A stretch of 64,000 nt of DNA from Nitrospirota bacterium (GTDB lineage: Bacteria > Nitrospirota > UBA9217). The position numbers and the translations under genes are program-made. This document shows, one piece after another, positions 10,243-21,906 of the stretch. A model generated the notes under the pieces. It was given only the letters and a program-made list of their open reading frames with translations, did not search any database and was not told where the DNA came from. The stretch covers positions 1 through 64,000 of the forward strand of contig CAVVUN010000003.1 of the NCBI GenBank assembly GCA_963751455.1, given 5' to 3'. How positions within the stretch are numbered: the first letter of the stretch is position 1; each line of letters begins with the position of its first letter.

Positions 10243-13200
10243 CTACGACCCAACTACGCCAGCCTCGGAATCCACTGCAGCGTCGATCATCGCGAGGATC
10301 TGGTCGTCCCGGAAATTATTCACCTGGAACGCCTTTGCCGGGCAGATGCCCGCGCAGATCCCGCATCCCATGCACTTGATCTCGTTGTGCGAGACTTTTC
10401 CGTCTTCAGCGATATAGGGCGACCCGAAGGGGCAGACCCGGAAACAGCTGAGGCAGGACATGCACAGTTCCCTCTTGTGCTTGGCGATTATCCCGGATAC
10501 GGCAAGCTTTTCATGGGACAGGATAACCCCGGCCCTGCCTGCTGCGGCCAGCGCCTGAGCAATCGTTTCGTCAAAGTTCTTCGGCGCATGTCCCAGGCCG
10601 GCCACGAAAAGCCCTTCACTCGGGAAATCCACAGGACGAAGCTTGACGTGTGCTTCAAGATAATAGCCGTCGGGATTACGCGTTACCTTATACATTGCTC
10701 CAACTGCATCCGTTGTCGGATGCGGCCGAAGGCCCGCTGAAAGAACGAGCCAGTCCGCGTCGAACTGGAGCTCGCGGTCCAGCATGTAGTCCCATGCCTT
10801 GACCTGGACCCTGCTGCCTGCCTGTTCCACCACGGGCTTGCGGTCCACGTCGTATCGAACGAAGAAGACGCCCAGGTCGCGCGCTTTCTTGTAATAATCT
10901 TCCCGCAGCCCGTAGGTCCTGATGTCGCGGTAGAGGACCACTACCTCGGCTGCAGCATTCCGTTCCTTGATGGCAATCGCATTCTTGATCGCATCCTGGC
11001 AGCAGACTCGGGAGCAATACTGCGCATTCTCTTCACGTGAACCCACGCACTGGATCATCACGTAACGCTCGCCGGCCCTGGGCGAGAGGTCTTCAGCGAA
11101 CAGCTTCTTTTCGAGATCACGCTGCGTGATTACATTCGGGCTCTTGCCTGCAAGGTATTCCGTTGGCTGATATTCCACGCCGCCCGTTGCCAGAACGATA
11201 GCGCCGTGAGACATTTCAGCACCAGTGGTCAGCGTGGTCTTGAAATTACCCACAAATCCGTCGGTCTTTTTTACCTCGGCGCCGGTGTGTACCGTAATCT
11301 TGGGATGCGCCTTTACCTCCGCCACTTTCGCCGCGAGGAACTTCTGCACGTCGGAGCCATCGAGCACGCGGTAGACGTTTCTCGCGAGGCCGCCGAGCGT
11401 CTGTTCCTTCTCAACAATATGAGTCGGGAATCCCTGGTCCGCGATCGCGAGCGCAGCGGTCATTCCGGCAACCCCGCCTCCGATGACCAGGCACGCGGGC
11501 GTCACGTCAACGCTCTCGCTCTTGAGCGGTTCCTGGAGCCGGGATTTTGCCACCGACATCTTCACGATCTTGATGGCCTTCTTCGTAGCCACTTCATTCT
11601 GGCCCTTATGGCACCAGGAGCACTGTTCACGGATGTCGGCCAGGTCGAAGAGGTATTTGTTCAGGCCCGCTTCACGAATGGTCTCCTGGAAGAGCTTTTC
11701 GTGCGTGCGCGGCGTGCAGGAAGCGATCACCACGCGGTTCAGGTTCTGGTCCTTGATCGTCTGCTTGATCACGTCCTGGTTGTCCTGTGCGCAGGCGTAT
11801 ATGGTATTCGTGGCATAAACTACGTTCTTTTCCTTCTTTACAGCCTCAACGACCTGGTTCACCTCAACGGTCGAAGAGATGTTGGTACCGCAGTGGCAGA
11901 CGAACACGCCGATGCGCGCATCTTCGCCTTTCACATCCTTCTCGGGCGGAAGCTCTTTCTTGACGGTCTCGGTTCCCCTGGCTTCAGCGAGGAGTGCCAT
12001 GGCGCTTCCGGCCACACCGCTTCCCTGCATCACGGTCTCCGGAATATCCTTCGGACCCTGGTATATGCCCGTTACAAAAATGCCGTCACGGGATGTCTTG
12101 ACCGGCGTAAAGTGGGATGTCTTGGCGAAAAGGTACTGGTTTGTCTCAATGCCGAAGGTCTTCGCGAACGCTGCAGCGTCCTTATGCGGCTCGAATCCCA
12201 CGGAAAGGACGACCATATCGAAGGTTTCGTTCAGGAGCTTGCCGGCCTCGTCGGAATAACGGAGGACGAGATTGCCGGTGCCCGGTTCTTCCCGGACCGC
12301 CGAGACCATGGCACGCTTGTATTTGACGCCATATTCGTTCTTCGCCCGCTCCACGTACTTGTCGAAGTCCTTGCCGAATGCCCGCATCTCCATATAGAAG
12401 ACCGTGGGCTCGATATGCTTGTCATGCTCCTTCGCGATGATGGACTGCTTGGTTGCGTACATGCAGCAAACCGACGAGCACCACGGATTGGCATTGTGAT
12501 TATCGCGGGACCCCACGCACTGGATCCAGGCTACTTTCACCGGATGCTTCTGGTCTGACGGCCGCTGAACCACGCCTTTGAACGGACCTGATGCTGAAAG
12601 GATGCGTTCGAACTGAACGGACGAAACCACGTTCGGCCAGCGGCCCAGGCCCAATTCAGGACGCACCTTCGCGTCGTAGCGGCTGAGGCCGGGACCGAGG
12701 ATAATGGAGCCGACATGCAACTCTATTTCTTCCCCTTTGTCCTCGTAATTGATTGCGCCGGCCTTGCAGGTCTTTTCGCACAGCTTGCAGCGTTTTTTCT
12801 GCGGATCGGTCAGGAAAAGACAGTTGCTTGAGTCAATAGCGCGAGTGTTCGGAACAGCCTGGGGAAAGAGAGAGAAGATGGCCTTGCGCTGGCCCAACTG
12901 CTGGTCGAACTCGCTCAGAACTTTTTTGGGGCATTTTGCTTCGCAATCGCCACATCCCGTACACTTGGCCGGATCGACATACCGCGGAGCCCTTCGCACC
13001 TTGACCGTGAAGTCGCCGGACTCGCCCGAGACTGACGTGACCTCTGAAAGTGTGTGGATCTTGATGTTCAGGTGCCTGCCGACCTCGACCATTTTGGGCG
13101 AGATCATGCACATGGCGCAGTCGCCGGTAGGGAAGGTCTTGTCGAGCATCACCATGGTGCCGCCCACGGACATATCTTTCTGGACCATATGCACCTTGAA

Positions 13201-13299
13201 GCCGCTGTCCGCAAGATCAAGGGCCGCTTGCATGCCGCCGATGCCGCCGCCGACGATCAGGACCGAACCCCGTTTTTTCGAAGACTTTTGTGCGCTCAT
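10243..13299 (-). CDS. hdrA: Large heterodisulfide reductase subunit A (two FAD-binding modules, ferredoxin domains), 1018 aa
   Basis: GGGIGG and GGGVAG motifs, DKTFPTGDCAMC, QCVGSR twice, CSSVCC/CSRVCC, IGVFVCHCG, CTPRTHE, C-terminal 2x CxxCxxCxxxCP. Confidence 0.95.
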   Translation of the reverse strand: MSAQKSSKKRGSVLIVGGGIGGMQAALDLADSGFKVHMVQKDMSVGGTMVMLDKTFPTGDCAMCMISPKMVEVGRHLNIKIHTLSEVTSVSGESGDFTVKVRRAPRYVDPAKCTGCGDCEAKCPKKVLSEFDQQLGQRKAIFSLFPQAVPNTRAIDSSNCLFLTDPQKKRCKLCEKTCKAGAINYEDKGEEIELHVGSIILGPGLSRYDAKVRPELGLGRWPNVVSSVQFERILSASGPFKGVVQRPSDQKHPVKVAWIQCVGSRDNHNANPWCSSVCCMYATKQSIIAKEHDKHIEPTVFYMEMRAFGKDFDKYVERAKNEYGVKYKRAMVSAVREEPGTGNLVLRYSDEAGKLLNETFDMVVLSVGFEPHKDAAAFAKTFGIETNQYLFAKTSHFTPVKTSRDGIFVTGIYQGPKDIPETVMQGSGVAGSAMALLAEARGTETVKKELPPEKDVKGEDARIGVFVCHCGTNISSTVEVNQVVEAVKKEKNVVYATNTIYACAQDNQDVIKQTIKDQNLNRVVIASCTPRTHEKLFQETIREAGLNKYLFDLADIREQCSWCHKGQNEVATKKAIKIVKMSVAKSRLQEPLKSESVDVTPACLVIGGGVAGMTAALAIADQGFPTHIVEKEQTLGGLARNVYRVLDGSDVQKFLAAKVAEVKAHPKITVHTGAEVKKTDGFVGNFKTTLTTGAEMSHGAIVLATGGVEYQPTEYLAGKSPNVITQRDLEKKLFAEDLSPRAGERYVMIQCVGSREENAQYCSRVCCQDAIKNAIAIKERNAAAEVVVLYRDIRTYGLREDYYKKARDLGVFFVRYDVDRKPVVEQAGSRVQVKAWDYMLDRELQFDADWLVLSAGLRPHPTTDAVGAMYKVTRNPDGYYLEAHVKLRPVDFPSEGLFVAGLGHAPKNFDETIAQALAAAGRAGVILSHEKLAVSGIIAKHKRELCMSCLSCFRVCPFGSPYIAEDGKVSHNEIKCMGCGICAGICPAKAFQVNNFRDDQILAMIDAAVDSEAGVVGS

Positions 13300-14171
13300 A
13301 TCAGGTTCAACTCCTTTAACAGTCCCATGGCATCCACGAAGTGACGGTCAACCTGCATGGAAACAGGATCGATCCCCATGGAAACTCCGATGAGCTCAGT
13401 GATAAAGTAGACCGGCAGCCGCTTCTCAATCCCGTACTTCGCGCCTACCTGGTCCTGGCACGCGTCCACGTTCATCTGGCAGAGCGGGCAGGTGGTAACG
13501 ATGCAGTTCGCGCCCCGGGCGGTTACATCCTTGAAAATCCGGGACATGAGCAGCTGCGATTGGTCGGCGTCATTGTAAGCCGCGGAAGCGCCGCAGCAGT
13601 CTGTTTTGTAGCTCCAGTCGATAGGCTTGGCGCCGATCGCTTTGCAGACTAGTTCCATTCCCTGGGGGTTCTCGACGTCATCCGGCACATCTATGTCGAC
13701 CGGGAAACGGGTAAGCAGGCACCCGTAGTAACAGGCAGGTTTGAGGCCTTCCAGCTTTTTAACGGCTTTCCCGGCAATCTCACCCGAGGTCACCTTCGGC
13801 TTCAGCACCTCGAGAATACTGGACACCTTGATTTTGCCTTCGACCTTGAAACCCAGCTCCGCGTTTATGGATTCTTTCAGCGCGGGGTCGGCAGCAAGCT
13901 TTTTTTGCGATACGAGGGTCCTGCTGTAGCAGGACGAGCACGGAATGACGATTTCGGAAAGACCCGTGGCGTCGGCGATGCCGAGATTGCGTGCCGGCAG
14001 CGCAGTGGATAGAAATTCGTTTGTTTTGCTCGCGGCAGTTGCGCCGCAGCAGTTCCAGTCGTCGATCTCTTTGAGCTCGAGACCCAGTTTGCTGAATACA
14101 AGTTTACACTGGATGTCATAAAGCTCGGATGATGCATGCAGCGAACAACCGGGATAGTAGGCTATTTCCAT
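13296..14171 (-). CDS. hdrB: Heterodisulfide reductase subunit B (two CCG domains)
   Basis: YYPGCS..WNCCG..PCSSC; YYGCLL..DCCG..TCPLCQ. Confidence 0.95.
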   Translation of the reverse strand: MEIAYYPGCSLHASSELYDIQCKLVFSKLGLELKEIDDWNCCGATAASKTNEFLSTALPARNLGIADATGLSEIVIPCSSCYSRTLVSQKKLAADPALKESINAELGFKVEGKIKVSSILEVLKPKVTSGEIAGKAVKKLEGLKPACYYGCLLTRFPVDIDVPDDVENPQGMELVCKAIGAKPIDWSYKTDCCGASAAYNDADQSQLLMSRIFKDVTARGANCIVTTCPLCQMNVDACQDQVGAKYGIEKRLPVYFITELIGVSMGIDPVSMQVDRHFVDAMGLLKELNLI

Positions 14172-14199
14172 AGTACGGTACTCATCCTCCGTCAGGACT

Positions 14200-14802
14200 T
14201 CAGCGGCCCTTGGACTTTTTATAGAGAGCTTTCACTTCCGAGAGGTTCTTGACCTTGTCCACGCCGAAGTGCATCCGTTTCTTTTTCGTCATCGCTGCGC
14301 CGAGTTTACCCTGGCTCACGATTTCATCTATTACGGCTTTCACCTTGCCCTTCGCCAGCTCCTTAAACAGCGTCTTGGTTTCATAAATGGCCATGCTCTC
14401 GATCTCGTTGAACCGGCCAAGGTGCCGCGTTGTAGTCATGAAGGCATTGTGGAAATCCGCAATGCGGGGGGTCAACGGCTTCAGGTGCGCTTCCTTGGAC
14501 ATCTGCTTAAGCGTCTCGGTGATCCTGGCTGTCTGGATGTTGTTCGGGCAGCGCGTGCCGCAGGTATAGCAGGCAACACACTTCCAGACCAGGAGATTAT
14601 TGAGCGCCGCGTCCCTGTCTCCCACGAGAATCAATCTGATCAGACGGTCCGGCGTGATTCCTGTCTCCTCACCGACCGGACACCCGGCAGCACACCGGCG
14701 GCACTGATAGCACGCCTGCAGGTTCTGGCCGGAGCGCCGCGTGACCTCTTCGAGCAGCGGCTTTGTGATCGAAGCATCATATTTCAGTACTGAAGATGGC
14801 AT
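14200..14802 (-). CDS. hdrC: Heterodisulfide reductase subunit C
   Basis: CYQCRRCAAGCP and WKCVACYTCGTRCP. Confidence 0.93.
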   Translation of the reverse strand: MPSSVLKYDASITKPLLEEVTRRSGQNLQACYQCRRCAAGCPVGEETGITPDRLIRLILVGDRDAALNNLLVWKCVACYTCGTRCPNNIQTARITETLKQMSKEAHLKPLTPRIADFHNAFMTTTRHLGRFNEIESMAIYETKTLFKELAKGKVKAVIDEIVSQGKLGAAMTKKKRMHFGVDKVKNLSEVKALYKKSKGR

Positions 14803-14838
14803 GCCATACTCCTTACCTTAAAATGACTAAGCTATTTA

Positions 14839-14939
14839 TAACCACAGATGAACACGGATAAAATCTTAAATCAGGTAAAGGCTTGTTCTTGTGTTAAGAT
14901 TTTGAATCATCTGTGCTTATCCGTGTTAATCCGTGGTTA
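14839..14939. repeat. Intergenic long imperfect palindrome with 9-nt periodic arms (similar ones near 695-770, 39813-39957, 44966-45049, 52496-52575)
   Basis: taaccacagatgaacacggataa ... ttatccgtgttaatccgtggtta. Confidence 0.6.
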
Positions 14940-14949
14940 CAAAAAGTAT

Positions 14950-15513
14950 TTAATTCCGTTCTTTCAGGAGCTCGAGCATTTCCATGCGGGTAGACTCCTT
15001 GGTGCGGAAAATACCGCGGACAGCCGACGTAACGACCCGCGAACCTGGCTTCTTTACACCGCGCATGCTCATGCAGAGATGCTCGGCATCGATCACCACC
15101 ATGGCGCCCTTCGGTTTGAGCCTGCTCACGATAAAGTCGGCAAACTGCGTGGTGAGCCGTTCCTGCACCTGGGGACGTTTGGCGAAGACCTCAAGCGCCT
15201 TTGCCAGTGAACTGATGCCCACGATCTTCCCGGCACCCGGGATGTAGGCGATGTGGGCCTTGCCGAAAAAGGGCAACAAATGATGTTCGCACACAGAGTA
15301 AAACGGGATGTCGCGGATCATCACCATCTCGTCGTGATTTTCTCCGGCCATCGGCTTCAAAAGCTCGGACGTATCAGCCGCAATACCGGAGAAGATCTCT
15401 TCATACATCGTCGCAACACGGTCCGGCGTGTTCTTGAGACCCGGTCTGTCGGGGTCTTCGCCGATGCCCTCGATGATAAGCCTGACGCCTTTTTCGATTT
15501 TTTTTAGATCCAT
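14950..15513 (-). CDS. folE: GTP cyclohydrolase I
   Basis: [27 protein letters not shown]. Confidence 0.96.
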   Translation of the reverse strand: MDLKKIEKGVRLIIEGIGEDPDRPGLKNTPDRVATMYEEIFSGIAADTSELLKPMAGENHDEMVMIRDIPFYSVCEHHLLPFFGKAHIAYIPGAGKIVGISSLAKALEVFAKRPQVQERLTTQFADFIVSRLKPKGAMVVIDAEHLCMSMRGVKKPGSRVVTSAVRGIFRTKESTRMEMLELLKERN

Positions 15514-15582
15514 GATTTAAACCGGCAAGGCGCATAGCGCATGGGGCATAGTGTTGTAAGATCTTCCCCTTTGCTCTCTGCG

Positions 15583-16140
15583 CTATGCTCTCTGCGCAAT
15601 TATGACTCTCTTCTCCGTCACGATTTTCTTGACCGGGATATCGTGGGTCAAAACAGGTACGCCCGGTACAATCTGTATCTCAAAAGCTAGAGCAATCGTT
15701 TCCTTATCATAATAAGGCAATATCCTGTCATAAAATCCGGCCCCGTACCCGAGGCGGTTGCCCTGTTCATCAAAAGCCAGCCCAGGCACGATCATGAGAT
15801 CCACTTCCTTTATTGTTACAGGCCTTGCCTCACGCGGTTCGGGGATATTCCATGCCCCGGGAACAGTATCTTTGTTAAAGTCCTTTATCTCAAATAGCGC
15901 GAGGTCGTTACCTTTTACTTTAGGAAGGATAACTCTCTTGCCGGCGGTGAGTGCTTGCCTGATCATCGGCAGGGTATTAACTTCACTCCGAAAGGAAGCG
16001 AAGAACATTACTGCGGACGCATACAGGAACTCCGGAAGCAAAAAGACCCTTTTCTGAATCTCACGACTATAGAGTTCTCGCAATTCGGGAGAGAGGCGGT
16101 CCCGTACTTCTGCAACCTGTTTTCTAAGAGACGTTTTCAA
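15583..16140 (-). CDS. fau: 5-formyltetrahydrofolate cyclo-ligase
   Basis: SEVNT, IPEP, DLMIVPGLAFDEQGNRLGYGAGFYDR, HDIPV. Confidence 0.93.
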   Translation of the reverse strand: MKTSLRKQVAEVRDRLSPELRELYSREIQKRVFLLPEFLYASAVMFFASFRSEVNTLPMIRQALTAGKRVILPKVKGNDLALFEIKDFNKDTVPGAWNIPEPREARPVTIKEVDLMIVPGLAFDEQGNRLGYGAGFYDRILPYYDKETIALAFEIQIVPGVPVLTHDIPVKKIVTEKRVIIAQRA

Positions 16141-16261
16141 TTGGGGTGAGTTGCAAGGTTATTTTTTTTTATTATGAATTAATAACTTTTACTTATAATA
16201 TCACTACTAAAAAAAATCTTCCATCTTTTTAGTATTTTTTTATGTATATAAAACCGTCCTA

Positions 16262-17050
16262 TTAATACTTTTGTATCAGCTTGTCCAGAGAAGTCTTGAT
16301 TTTTCTTGCCTCTTCCACGGCATGCGGCGATGCATCATACGGTGATTTGCCGTCCAGGTCGGACTGGACTGTATCATCCGAGTAGTTCATAAATCCGAGG
16401 ACATTCATACCGGAAAGGTGGCTGACGATGAATTCGCGGTCTCGCTCGCGCTTGATTTTGTTGCCGACAACGAACACGTCCTTGATGCCAAGACCTTTTG
16501 CCAGACTCTCCACCTGCCGCGCGGTCTGAAGGCTCCGCTGTCCGGGCTCGACAACCACGATAAAGGCGTTAACGCCGCTGGCCGTTCCACGGGTAAGGTG
16601 CTCTATGCCGGCTTCCATATCCAGAATGACAACCTCGTCCCGGCGCAGAATCAGATGGCTGACCAGGCGACGAAGAAGCACATGCTCCGGACAATAACAG
16701 CCGGCTGCCGCCTCTTTGGATTTACCCATTACCAGCAGCCGCACCCCTGCGTGCTGCACTCCGTAGGCCTCGGGGATATCATCCACTTTCGGGTTTATGC
16801 TGAACATTCCACCGGGAGCGCCCGGCCTTGATCCTGTACGTTCCTCGATCATGTCTGATTGTTCAGCCAAGGGAAGCGCGCGAGCCGCTGCTTCACGGGT
16901 AATTCCAAGCGCTGACGCAAGGTTTGCATCGGGGTCAGCGTCTACTGCAAGGACTTTCTTGCCGTCAGCAGCATAAAGACGGGCTAACAGGCCTGCCAGT
17001 GTCGTTTTTCCGACACCTCCTTTGCCTGTAATGGCTATTTTCAATGACAT
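16262..17050 (-). CDS. cooC: CooC-type CODH Ni-insertion ATPase
   Basis: TGKGGVGKTT, VDADPDANL, GCYCPE, DMEAGIEHLTRG. Confidence 0.92.
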   Translation of the reverse strand: MSLKIAITGKGGVGKTTLAGLLARLYAADGKKVLAVDADPDANLASALGITREAAARALPLAEQSDMIEERTGSRPGAPGGMFSINPKVDDIPEAYGVQHAGVRLLVMGKSKEAAAGCYCPEHVLLRRLVSHLILRRDEVVILDMEAGIEHLTRGTASGVNAFIVVVEPGQRSLQTARQVESLAKGLGIKDVFVVGNKIKRERDREFIVSHLSGMNVLGFMNYSDDTVQSDLDGKSPYDASPHAVEEARKIKTSLDKLIQKY

Positions 17051-17180
17051 CTCCTAGATTAATGGGATAGATAAAATAACATCCAACCTGCGAAACTGTC
17101 AAGGGTTTTTTGATATTTTGAGTAGATTTTGAAATGGGGTTGAAGACAGAAGTCTCTCGGAACAAATGGCGGAAAAGCAA

Positions 17181-18032
17181 TTAATCGAGGGCGCCGATAA
17201 GACCGACATCCTGGCGCAGTTGCTCGTAATCCTTGTCCGTAACGGGAACAAAGCCTGTAAGGTCCGCAGAAGAGAGAATTTTTGCAGACAAAGGGTCACT
17301 CACTCTGAGCTTGAGCAATGCTTTCTTTATCTTGATCATGACGTCTTTACCGAGTGAGGGCGCTGAGAATACCGGCCAGTTCGGATAGTAATCGGTATAA
17401 GCCACGATTTTCAGTTTCGAAAGGTCTACCTTGTCCTTCATTTTTTCCAGGTCATCTTCGCGGATCCCGCCGGCATCCGCTGCCCCGTTAAACACAGCCA
17501 TCGTTACATTGTCATGTTTTCTGGCGAACGGCAGCGTGGTGAAATCTTTGGAAACATCCATCCCGGATTTACTCAGGAGAAGCATTTGAAAGACATAGCC
17601 GGCTCCCGAGTCTCTGTCAACAAACGAAAGGTTTTTGCCTTTCAGGTCCCGGATTGTTTCTATTCCGCTGTCTCTTCTTACAATGATGATGCCCCGGAAT
17701 TTGCTTCCTGCTTTGGGCTCTGATGAAAGGGCCAGCGGTTCGATATTGACATCCTTTTTAAGCTGAACATAGATCAGTGAATTTGCGAAGCCAAGATCCA
17801 GATGCCCCGACGTGACTTCGGCTTTAAACGATAAGAAATCCTTGGGAATAACAATGGTAACTTTCTCTCCCGCCTCTTTCGTCAGGTATTCCGCGAGAGG
17901 ACTAAACATGGTATAGAGCTCAACCGCGCCAAGGCGGGGAAGTATTCCAAGTTTGATCTCGGTACGGGCTGCCCCCGGCTGTGCAGCTGTAATAACCGAA
18001 ACTATCGCCAAAAACCAAACCCATCTCGTCAT
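17181..18032 (-). CDS. PhnD/phosphonate-binding-family periplasmic substrate-binding protein with no adjacent ABC transporter
   Basis: Signal-peptide-like N-terminus (start taken at MTRWVW); FRGIIIVRRDSGI..DLKGK..FVDRDSGAGY, HDNV..V..GAADAG; paralog of 23539-24405. Confidence 0.8.
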   Translation of the reverse strand: MTRWVWFLAIVSVITAAQPGAARTEIKLGILPRLGAVELYTMFSPLAEYLTKEAGEKVTIVIPKDFLSFKAEVTSGHLDLGFANSLIYVQLKKDVNIEPLALSSEPKAGSKFRGIIIVRRDSGIETIRDLKGKNLSFVDRDSGAGYVFQMLLLSKSGMDVSKDFTTLPFARKHDNVTMAVFNGAADAGGIREDDLEKMKDKVDLSKLKIVAYTDYYPNWPVFSAPSLGKDVMIKIKKALLKLRVSDPLSAKILSSADLTGFVPVTDKDYEQLRQDVGLIGALD

Positions 18033-18137
18033 TAACCGGGCTCCCCGAGCAGCGCTTCCTTCTGGAATTTTCCGCTTGTTCCGGCTCATCTGAGTTCCGT
18101 TTGCATTCATAAATGCAATAGTTTCGATATGCGTTAA

Positions 18138-18506
18138 TTACAGGGAAAGTTTCTCGATCATTGCGTGGAGATCGCTTGGCTGAAACGGTTTTTTTACATA
18201 GCCTTTGGCTCCGAGTGCCAGCCCCCTCATGGTATCTTCTTCTTTGCCTTCAGTACTCACCATAATGATCGGAATGTGGTTAAATTTCTCGAGCTCTTTA
18301 ACTTTTTTAATGAACTCGATTCCGTTCATGACCGGCATATTAATATCGAGAAGAATCAGACTGACATCAGGGTGTTTCTGAAGCTTATCCAGCCCGTCTT
18401 GGCCGTTCAGCGAATCCAGAATTTCGCACTTGTAGCGCATGAGCACCATTTTATACATTTGATGAATCAGCGCGGAATCGTCTATGACCAGGACTTTCTT
18501 AAGCAT
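18138..18506 (-). CDS. CheY-like single-domain response regulator
   Basis: VIDDS, LLDINMPVMNG, MVST, KKPF. Confidence 0.9.
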   Translation of the reverse strand: MLKKVLVIDDSALIHQMYKMVLMRYKCEILDSLNGQDGLDKLQKHPDVSLILLDINMPVMNGIEFIKKVKELEKFNHIPIIMVSTEGKEEDTMRGLALGAKGYVKKPFQPSDLHAMIEKLSL

Positions 18507-18562
18507 GTACTCCCCTCCTGCTCAATCTCTAACGCGGCTTCTCAAGCATCCGGCCGCATGCT

Positions 18563-18958
18563 TTATCCGTTGACCGGCACCCCGAGGCTGCGCACTCGTT
18601 CTGCAAGTTCACGAATATCAACAGGCTTATCGTAGTAATATCGAGCACCGCGGCCATAGGCGTCCTGCTTTACTTCTTCGGATCCATGCGCGGTCATAAC
18701 AATGACTTCCGTTTTCGGCCAGTATCGCTTTATGTAACTTAAAAGCTCAAGGCCTTCGACCCCCAGGATACCGGACATTCTTATGTCCACGATCACTACA
18801 TCAAATGTATACCGGGAAAGCGCTTCCTCGGCCGTGTCCAGCCTGCTTGCGGTAATCACCTCGACATGCCGGGACCCTAGCGCGTAGGACAGCGTGAGCA
18901 ATATCGTGGGTTCGTCATCAACTATGAGAATCCTCTTTGCTTCGTGGTTAACCAACAT
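18563..18958 (-). CDS. Single-domain response regulator receiver
   Basis: IVDDEP, IVDIRM, VMTAHG, YDKP. Confidence 0.88.
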   Translation of the reverse strand: MLVNHEAKRILIVDDEPTILLTLSYALGSRHVEVITASRLDTAEEALSRYTFDVVIVDIRMSGILGVEGLELLSYIKRYWPKTEVIVMTAHGSEEVKQDAYGRGARYYYDKPVDIRELAERVRSLGVPVNG

Positions 18959-19093
18959 ACCGAGTCTCCCTTGGGATTATATATTTATAACATATTTGCT
19001 GCAATAATATGCAAATTATTTCATGGAAAAACGTACGCTAATGGAGCCCACCCGCAGGAGCGCCGGGGGCTCCTTTTATGAACGCGACCTCCC

Positions 19094-19125
19094 GCCTGCA
19101 CCCCAAGTGCGATAGCGTGCAGGGT
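19094..19125 (+). repeat. Short copy of the GCCTGCACCC...GTGCAGGGT element
   Basis: gcctgcaccccaagtgcgatagcgtgcagggt. Confidence 0.65.
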
Positions 19126-19265
19126 GCGGGTTAAGACGCTTTTCTCTCCCCGCGAAAGTCGGGCGATTCAAAGTCGCAGGGATTAATTGCGCATTACCGG
19201 AAAAACGGCGCCACGCCGTATCCGTTCAGAAACACCTTATACGCAAGAATAATAGACCGAAACCG

Positions 19266-20882
<1,617 letters not shown>

Positions 20883-20886
<4 letters not shown>

Positions 20887-21809
20887 GTCACTTTCCTGTA
20901 TATCGTGGAGGCTAAGCGGACCAGGGGCAGGTCGAATCCGTGCACCGTCTCGGAATGTCCCAGAAAGAGATATCCGCCCGAATTCAGACAGCGGCATAAC
21001 CGGCGCAACAGCTTCTGCTGCGTCGAGCGCTCGAAATATATGATCACATTCCGGCAGAATATAGCATCCATTTTTTCGGGCACCATCAACTGTTCATCCA
21101 TCAAATTAAGCCGTTGAAAAGAAATACGGTCTCTCAATTCGGGCACAACGCGGACGGTCTTTTTTTCCTTGTCCTTGTTTCGAAGAAAATATTTTTGCAT
21201 GAGAGAAAGCGGAATGCCGGCGACCAGGTGCCGCTCATAAATACCCATGCGTGCCTTTTCGAGAACTTTGGTCGATATATCGGTTGCCAGGATCGCGTAC
21301 TGGAAATCCGGATCCAGTAGCGCAAATCCATTCAGTACGATTGCCAGTGTGTAAGGTTCCTCGCCCGAGGAGCAGCCGGCGCTCCAGATACAGAATCTTT
21401 TTTTGTTTCCGGGATGCACATCGGCCATGAACTCGGGCAGCACGGTTTCCGCAAGAAATTGAAAATGAACCGGCTCGCGGAAAAAATCCGTCTTGTTTGT
21501 TGTTACTGCATCGATCATATGTACCAGTTCGGCGGCGCCTTCCTGCGATCCGAACAGAAATTCGCAATACTCGGCAAACGAGGCCATGCCCAGGCTCCTG
21601 AGCCGTTTCTGCAGACGCGACTCCAGCATAATCTTCTTTGCCTGCGGCATCTTGATCCCGCAGTGATCGATGATAAATTGGCTTAAATCGTCGAACTGCT
21701 TCTGGGACATTGATTTTACAGTGTCGTTGTAAATACTCTGGACCTCTTTCTTTGCGGAATGCGGATCATCTGAAGCATATATCGTCTTGCGGAATGATTC
21801 AAGATGCAT
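20883..21809 (-). CDS. cheR: Chemotaxis methyltransferase CheR
   Basis: TTNKTDFFRE, WSAGCSSGEEPYT, ATDIS, IFCRNVIIYF, GHSE. Confidence 0.97.
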
Positions 21810-21906
21810 TTCTTCCTCCGCTGCTTCTCGGGACGATGCCCGAGTATCTCACGGAATTAATTCTGCCTTCGTCCAGCAACCAGCGCCCCACCCGCAAGCT
21901 AATAAA

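Noticed and set aside
11206-12558. Long plus-strand ORFs (e.g. 11206-12558, 38638-39798, 48641-50017)
   Set aside because: They are antisense shadows of well-supported minus-strand genes in GC-rich DNA and have no recognisable motifs
13100-13135. Possible Sec in HdrA
   Set aside because: The DCAMC motif uses ordinary Cys codons and the ORF is uninterrupted
16140-16262. 6S RNA upstream of fau/ygfA
   Set aside because: The gap is only ~120 nt, very AT-rich and has no long rod-like pairing
18995-19020. Sigma54 promoter upstream of the receiver gene
   Set aside because: TTGCA is present but the -24 GG is missing at the required spacing
19021-19265. Riboswitch (e.g. c-di-GMP) downstream of cheB
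   Set aside because: No recognisable aptamer consensus; the hairpins are explained by a GGAGCCC/GGGCTCC stem and the dispersed repeat
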